The position numbers and the translations under genes are program-made. The notes under the pieces were generated by a model. That model did not search any database and was not told the origin of the DNA. It saw only the letters and a list, made by a program, of their open reading frames with translations. This document shows positions 36,582 to 40,801 of a DNA stretch of 40,801 nucleotides, piece by piece. Position 1 is the first letter of the stretch; every line of letters begins with the position of its first letter. This DNA is from a virus (taxonomy: Duplodnaviria; Caudoviricetes): positions 1 to 40,801 of IMG/VR virus record IMGVR_UViG_3300022670_000329; one strand, 5' to 3'.

Positions 36582-37800
36582 CAAGAAATCTGTGCTGAAT
36601 AGTATCAAGAAGGCTGGCGCAGCAGGGATAAACCTGCGTAAACTGTGCAAACACAGGACTGCTGGCTCTACCAGGAAATTCTTAAAAGAACTCATTGGTG
36701 AAGGAAAGGTGAAGGAACTGTCTATTCTGAACAGGAATAAGACAACCACCCGCATATTCATTCTGGCTAAAGACGACGAGCGAGAGGCTCTAGGTCATGC
36801 TTTCATAAACTTCCTTGTAACAGGGAAAACCCGCGACGAGATAGTACACACCTTTGGCGATCATGCCGATGCGCTAATCGCTGGCGAATACCAGGGTTAC
36901 AACAAGTTTGAGCAACTGAATGACTTTGGAGAGAAGGTCTGGATACTCCTGCCTGAAGTCCGAAACGAGTTGATTGTGCAACCGAGAGACTGGACGTACA
37001 GTATTGGCAAAAACGACAAAGGCGAGAACCAACCTTACATCATGGCTCAACTGCCAGATAGTGCTTTCCACGATGCAAACTTTGGTGAGTGCATCAGGAT
37101 CGCTCCTATCGCTGACGTACACTACGGCCACAAGGCTTGTAGGATCGAGAAGTGGTTGTCCTACCTACGCTGGATCAAGGAAACTCCTGGCTTGTATGCG
37201 ATCATCCTAGGCGATCTCATGGAGAACGCACTAGACGATGGGCGTGGTATGAGCTACGATCAGGACAAAGATCCACAAACACAGCTAGATGAAATGACTG
37301 CAATGATCGCTCCGATAGCACATAAGGTGCTGTTAATGACAAGGGGGAACCATGAAGCTAGAACGTTCAAGAGAAGCGGAATCGACCCGATGCGTATTCT
37401 CGCGGAACGCCTGGACATTCCGTATTTTAGTGGGCCTAGTATCGCAGCCATTCTCGCGGGTGGGCATAAATGGTCAGTCTATACCTTTCACGGCAAAGGC
37501 AACGCGCAAACCAAAGGCGGCAGAATGAACGCTGCTGGTGTAGCCCGCAAGTTCACAGGGTTCATCAACTTTTATCTTTCAGGCCATACACATGATCCGA
37601 TGGCAAACTCCGAAACCTGTATCGTAGAAGATCCTATTAACTGTAGATTGATCTATCCGCAACAATGGACAGTAGTCACATCGTCATTCCTAGCATGGGA
37701 AAACACTTACGCTTATGATGCTGGATATGCACCGTCAGGGAGAGGGGGAGTAATACTGGAACTTTACAAGAACGGTGACTACAACGCAAGCATGAGGTAG
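36568..37800 (+). CDS. Calcineurin-like metallophosphoesterase with N-terminal winged-helix-like region
   Basis: IADVHYG, ILGDLMEN, RGNHE, FHG, SGHTH; N-terminal LKELIGEGKVKE. Confidence 0.85.
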   Translation: MRMNNKKSVLNSIKKAGAAGINLRKLCKHRTAGSTRKFLKELIGEGKVKELSILNRNKTTTRIFILAKDDEREALGHAFINFLVTGKTRDEIVHTFGDHADALIAGEYQGYNKFEQLNDFGEKVWILLPEVRNELIVQPRDWTYSIGKNDKGENQPYIMAQLPDSAFHDANFGECIRIAPIADVHYGHKACRIEKWLSYLRWIKETPGLYAIILGDLMENALDDGRGMSYDQDKDPQTQLDEMTAMIAPIAHKVLLMTRGNHEARTFKRSGIDPMRILAERLDIPYFSGPSIAAILAGGHKWSVYTFHGKGNAQTKGGRMNAAGVARKFTGFINFYLSGHTHDPMANSETCIVEDPINCRLIYPQQWTVVTSSFLAWENTYAYDAGYAPSGRGGVILELYKNGDYNASMR

Positions 37801-37806
37801 AAACTA

Positions 37807-38355
37807 GTGTTCCGAGCAACCACAGACCGTACGGTACTCCCGTATACGATAGAAGGATGGGATCTTCGTAATGAAGACGACAGAGAGAAGTGTGTGAAAA
37901 AATGGCAAAAGAACCTGAGACTAGAGGATTTCGACGTAGTTATCAGTTTGAAGCGTTTTGTCGATCTGAACTTAGGAGACTCCACTGCCAGCATCAGAGT
38001 GAACGAATGGCACAAATGCGCCACGATCTACCTTTTGGACCCAATCGACTATATACTGAGCAACTATGCGGATATGGTTTGGGGATATGATATGGAAGAT
38101 GGCATTGTCCACGAACTACTCCATATCCCAATGTTCCCCTACACGCCCGAAGACAAAGAGACACTGGAATACACAGCTTTGGAGGTTTGTATATCAACTA
38201 TGGCAAATGCACTACTTACCCTAGACAGGGCACGATGCGTACACAAAAAGCGTAACGGCGCTGATATTCAATTAAAAGAGGAAAACGATAGATTGAAGGC
38301 CGCAAGCAAATCCATCATGAAACTCCTAAAGAACGAGACTAACCCTGTATCATAG
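37807..38355 (+). CDS. HEXXH zinc-metallopeptidase-like protein
   Basis: IVHELLHIP, downstream E; C-terminal coiled coil; GAGG RBS, GTG start. Confidence 0.7.
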   Translation: MFRATTDRTVLPYTIEGWDLRNEDDREKCVKKWQKNLRLEDFDVVISLKRFVDLNLGDSTASIRVNEWHKCATIYLLDPIDYILSNYADMVWGYDMEDGIVHELLHIPMFPYTPEDKETLEYTALEVCISTMANALLTLDRARCVHKKRNGADIQLKEENDRLKAASKSIMKLLKNETNPVS

Positions 38356-38402
38356 GCTAGTCCATGGAGTGAGGTATGAGGATTTGATACGGTATCTACC
38401 AG
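38328..38402 (-). ncRNA. Putative ~75-nt sRNA with CU-rich core
   Basis: Downstream of consensus-like promoter; TCCTCATACCTCACTCC tract; hairpin 38337-38362 then TCGTTCTTT. Confidence 0.4.
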
Positions 38403-38407
38403 TTCTT

Positions 38408-38436
38408 ACTATAACACACCCAAGCCCTTAAATCAA
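38408..38436 (-). promoter_or_regulatory. Sigma70-type promoter TTGATT-N17-TATAGT with TG extension
   Basis: Exact spacing; no convincing sense ORF downstream. Confidence 0.7.
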
Positions 38437-38442
38437 GTCTAT

Positions 38443-39414
38443 TTAGTTTTCGTCGGTAGTTTCTTTGGTTTCAAGCGGTTCAGGTTCAGTCTTCTCAATC
38501 TTGCCATCACGTCTTCTCCTGAGAGTAGGTCTATCAGGATTATCAGAGACAACCGAGTTCTCGGCTTCTCTCCAATCTGCAAGAATCTGCTGCATATCCG
38601 TAAACGCGCCAGAAGTAAGTTGTCGTTCATCCTTTACAGGAAAGAAAGCAATTTCCTCAACTACCTTACGCGCTCGATCATCGAACGGTGGGTGAGTAGA
38701 AAAGAATCCTATGTGATTACCTTTTTCTTCCTCAAGCCTCTTAAAGAAGTCAACAAAGGCCATTGGGTCATATCCTGCGTTCCACAGGTATTGCGCCCCA
38801 AGTTGATCGGCCTCAATCTCTGAGCCACGACTGATTCCTAGCACCAACATGGATAAACCAAAGCCGATGCCCTGGTAAAGCAGATATTCCTTCCAACTGC
38901 CGCCAAGCACAAACATTAAGGGAATAGTCGAATATTGGATAAGTTGGCCTTTGGTCGCCATTTCAGTTGAATGACGCGCAAAGACGTGAGCCATCTCATG
39001 TGCCAGAACACCCGCCAGTTCAGCCTCAGACTCGACAGCTTCTATAAGTCCTGTGTGGACATAGAGATAGCCGCCTGGAAGGGCGAAAGCGTTGATGGTG
39101 TCGTCGCGGATAATCTTTACCTTAATGGGCTGTTTGGCATCACTAGCTTTGACAATTTTATTGGTAAGAGCGGTGATATATTCATTAAGCTCAGGGTCGT
39201 TTTCGATTGGAGCATTATTCTCAATAAAAGCAGCATATTCCGCTCCCATACGAGCCTCTGACTCAAGGGAAGTGAAGTTTGGGAAAATCCTGAATATGCG
39301 CCCGTTGATTTGTCTGTTGCCAATGTTTTCAATGTCTTTGTGATTCCTCGCCATCAAGGGCGTAGTGACCAGTAACAAAGATAATAGGATGCTGATGATT
39401 TTGCGGTGCTTCAT
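38443..39414 (-). CDS. Secreted M48 family zinc metalloprotease (BepA/YfgC-like)
   Basis: Signal peptide; INAFALPGG, AELAGVLAHEMAHV, EIEADQLG, AGYDP, FSTHPP; C-terminal RPTLRRR. Confidence 0.92.
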   Translation of the reverse strand: MKHRKIISILLSLLLVTTPLMARNHKDIENIGNRQINGRIFRIFPNFTSLESEARMGAEYAAFIENNAPIENDPELNEYITALTNKIVKASDAKQPIKVKIIRDDTINAFALPGGYLYVHTGLIEAVESEAELAGVLAHEMAHVFARHSTEMATKGQLIQYSTIPLMFVLGGSWKEYLLYQGIGFGLSMLVLGISRGSEIEADQLGAQYLWNAGYDPMAFVDFFKRLEEEKGNHIGFFSTHPPFDDRARKVVEEIAFFPVKDERQLTSGAFTDMQQILADWREAENSVVSDNPDRPTLRRRRDGKIEKTEPEPLETKETTDEN

Positions 39415-39415
39415 A

Positions 39416-39433
39416 TAAATTCCCCCGTTTGCC
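39416..39433 (-). repeat. 18-bp dispersed motif copy 6 (GGCAAACGGGGGAATTTA)
   Basis: Between TATAAT and ATG 39414. Confidence 0.85.
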
Positions 39434-39471
39434 TATTATACCACGAATGACTAGCAACTATGGTATAATAG
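39433..39471. promoter_or_regulatory. Back-to-back extended -10 promoters in perfect 11-bp inverted repeat
   Basis: CTATTATACCA-N17-TGGTATAATAG. Confidence 0.8.
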
Positions 39472-39475
39472 TGAT

Positions 39476-39522
39476 ACCGCTGAACGAGAAGGGCGAGTGG
39501 ATAGATTTCCCTCGCTTTTTTC
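39476..39522 (+). ncRNA. Putative tiny hairpin RNA C
   Basis: ACCGCTGAAC leader then GAGAAGGGCGAG...CTCGCTTTTTTC; + strand terminator polarity. Confidence 0.55.
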
Positions 39523-39541
39523 ATTTATGGAGGTATTTCTA

Positions 39542-39877
39542 TCAAGGTCGTGCCATAGGTCCAGACGACTTAGGTAAATTGGCCTCGGCAAAGTCTTTGC
39601 TCTCCTGAAACAACGCTTCCTTGATATAAGTCAGAAATGGCTCATTTGCCTCACATTCCATAAAATCGCCAGGAAAGATCCTTCGGTCTATTCTTATGCG
39701 AAAACAGCCCCAACACAATACTTCGTCCGACTTAGCTACTTCTTCCCAACAACGGTCTGTCATCATAAACTGGTTGATTTCTAGTTTGCAGTCATCACAG
39801 AGGTTATTGACTGAAAGCACAAGATCACCATTCATGGCCGTTTTCACCTGTCCTTCTATTTTTACGTCTTGTTTCAT
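39542..39877 (-). CDS. Cys-rich conserved phage protein
   Basis: CDDC...FMMTDRCW...LCWGCF..RIDRRI...DF pattern. Confidence 0.7.
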   Translation of the reverse strand: MKQDVKIEGQVKTAMNGDLVLSVNNLCDDCKLEINQFMMTDRCWEEVAKSDEVLCWGCFRIRIDRRIFPGDFMECEANEPFLTYIKEALFQESKDFAEANLPKSSGPMARP

Positions 39878-40353
39878 TATGATCGCTCCAAAAATATTGA
39901 TTGCCCTTTAGGGGTAATACGACTTAGTTTATCTACGGTAGCTTCAAAAACCTTCATTTGGGCAAGTTCGTCCTCGCCTAGCTCAATTAGTCCTTCTTCG
40001 TGCAAAAGTCGATTCCAGTGCGAAACGGGCCAAGTCCTTGTCTCACAACACTTTGAGGTCTGAATCACGAAACTCATGATGAGCTCAAGTGTAATCCATG
40101 CTTTCATGCGTCTTTGCGCCGGTTCGCCTATATTATCGTCAATCATCCCGCCAATCCACCTTTCGGCGTTTTTGTAGTCGTCACCGCGTAAAGTCTCATT
40201 TACGTGCAAACAGGGTAAAGTGTTGGCAAAGTGCTTATGAGGCACACAAATCCAGAAACCACGCGCACAGTCCATAGCCACTGGTTCCTTGAATCCTGTC
40301 CATTCCCATCGAAAGTAGTCTGCGTAGTCGAATCCTGCTAAATCCTTACTCAT
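39877..40353 (-). CDS. Hypothetical protein
   Basis: Coupled to both neighbours. Confidence 0.65.
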   Translation of the reverse strand: MSKDLAGFDYADYFRWEWTGFKEPVAMDCARGFWICVPHKHFANTLPCLHVNETLRGDDYKNAERWIGGMIDDNIGEPAQRRMKAWITLELIMSFVIQTSKCCETRTWPVSHWNRLLHEEGLIELGEDELAQMKVFEATVDKLSRITPKGQSIFLERS

Positions 40354-40486
40354 CCTCTCTTTTCCACCGTAATACCAAATGTCGGTTGTAAGTGCGGATA
40401 TCTGTCAAAACCATCATAATCATCACTACGACGATAGATAGCGCTCCTGACAAGAATCCGAGTGCAAATGCTGTAAGTGTTGTCAT
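40346..40486 (-). CDS. 46-aa single-TM protein, probably leaderless
   Basis: MTTLTAFALGFLSGALSIVVVMIMMVLTDIRTYNRHLVLRWKREDE*; ATG 6 nt after TATAAT. Confidence 0.65.
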   Translation of the reverse strand: MTTLTAFALGFLSGALSIVVVMIMMVLTDIRTYNRHLVLRWKREDE

Positions 40487-40492
40487 ATCTTC

Positions 40493-40508
40493 ATTATAGC
40501 ACATTATG
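40493..40508 (-). promoter_or_regulatory. Extended -10 promoter CATAATGTGCTATAAT with upstream A/T tracts
   Basis: Third copy of the 16-mer; TTTTGAAAAAAA occurs twice at 40511-40535. Confidence 0.75.
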
Positions 40509-40588
40509 AGTTTTGAAAAAAAATTTTGAAAAAAATTATGTCAACCCCATCAGTATGCAAATTGGTGACGCGCTCCCCGCTCGACAAT

Positions 40589-40760
40589 CGAATGCATATG
40601 CAATGCACACGCAATTTATATACAGTACAATCGCATTGTATGTGCAGTGTAGATACAATTTAATTGCATTGTACTAGCAATCTATCCACATTGTATCCGC
40701 AGTTTAAATAGAATGGATGCCCACTATGCAATGCAAACACAATGCAAGTGCAATGCAGTA
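40589..40760. repeat. Degenerate 11-bp-period tandem array (RCANTNYANNN)
   Basis: CANT at 40601, 612, 623, 634, 645, 656, 667, 678, 689, 700; phase shift, then CAAT at 40729, 740, 751. Confidence 0.85.
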
Positions 40761-40801
40761 TAGGGTGAGTGGCACGACTATTGCAATGAGTTTACCTATA
40801 G

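Noticed and set aside
40589-40760. CRISPR array
   Set aside because: Period is 11 bp with no conserved 25-40 bp repeat and no spacers
1-40801. Stop-codon reassignment, tRNA genes, integrase or IS elements
   Set aside because: Genes tile densely under code 11 with TAA, TAG and TGA all used as stops; no cloverleaf, recombinase or transposase motifs seen

Overview
About 41 kb of a tailed dsDNA phage genome with podovirus-like architecture (no tape measure; terminase, portal, scaffold, major capsid, adaptors, nozzle, fibres, three ejection-type proteins). 1-2799 (+) is the end of a replication/nucleotide-metabolism operon: PolA C-terminus, DUF4406-like protein, DEDDh exonuclease, DUF5664 dNTP diphosphohydrolase domain. 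2854-36352 (-) is the packaging, head, tail and lysis module. 36393-38355 (+) is a small inverted operon (phosphoesterase, HEXXH protein). 38443-40486 (-) holds a secreted M48 protease resembling Acidobacteriota host enzymes plus small genes, and 40500-40801 is non-coding. The most unusual signals are non-coding or architectural: (i) three units of an extended -10 promoter, an 8-10 nt leader and a G.U-rich hairpin that look like a family of tiny antisense-oriented RNAs; (ii) an asymmetric 18-bp motif with invariant core CGGGGGAATTTA present six times, four directly before accessory-gene starts; (iii) a degenerate array with exact 11-bp periodicity; (iv) a tail nozzle gene apparently split by a GC-richer four-domain cassette; (v) a terminase large subunit split into ATPase and nuclease genes; (vi) a microprotein with a QLDLF clamp-binding motif. 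All family assignments come from motif recognition by eye, not database searches.
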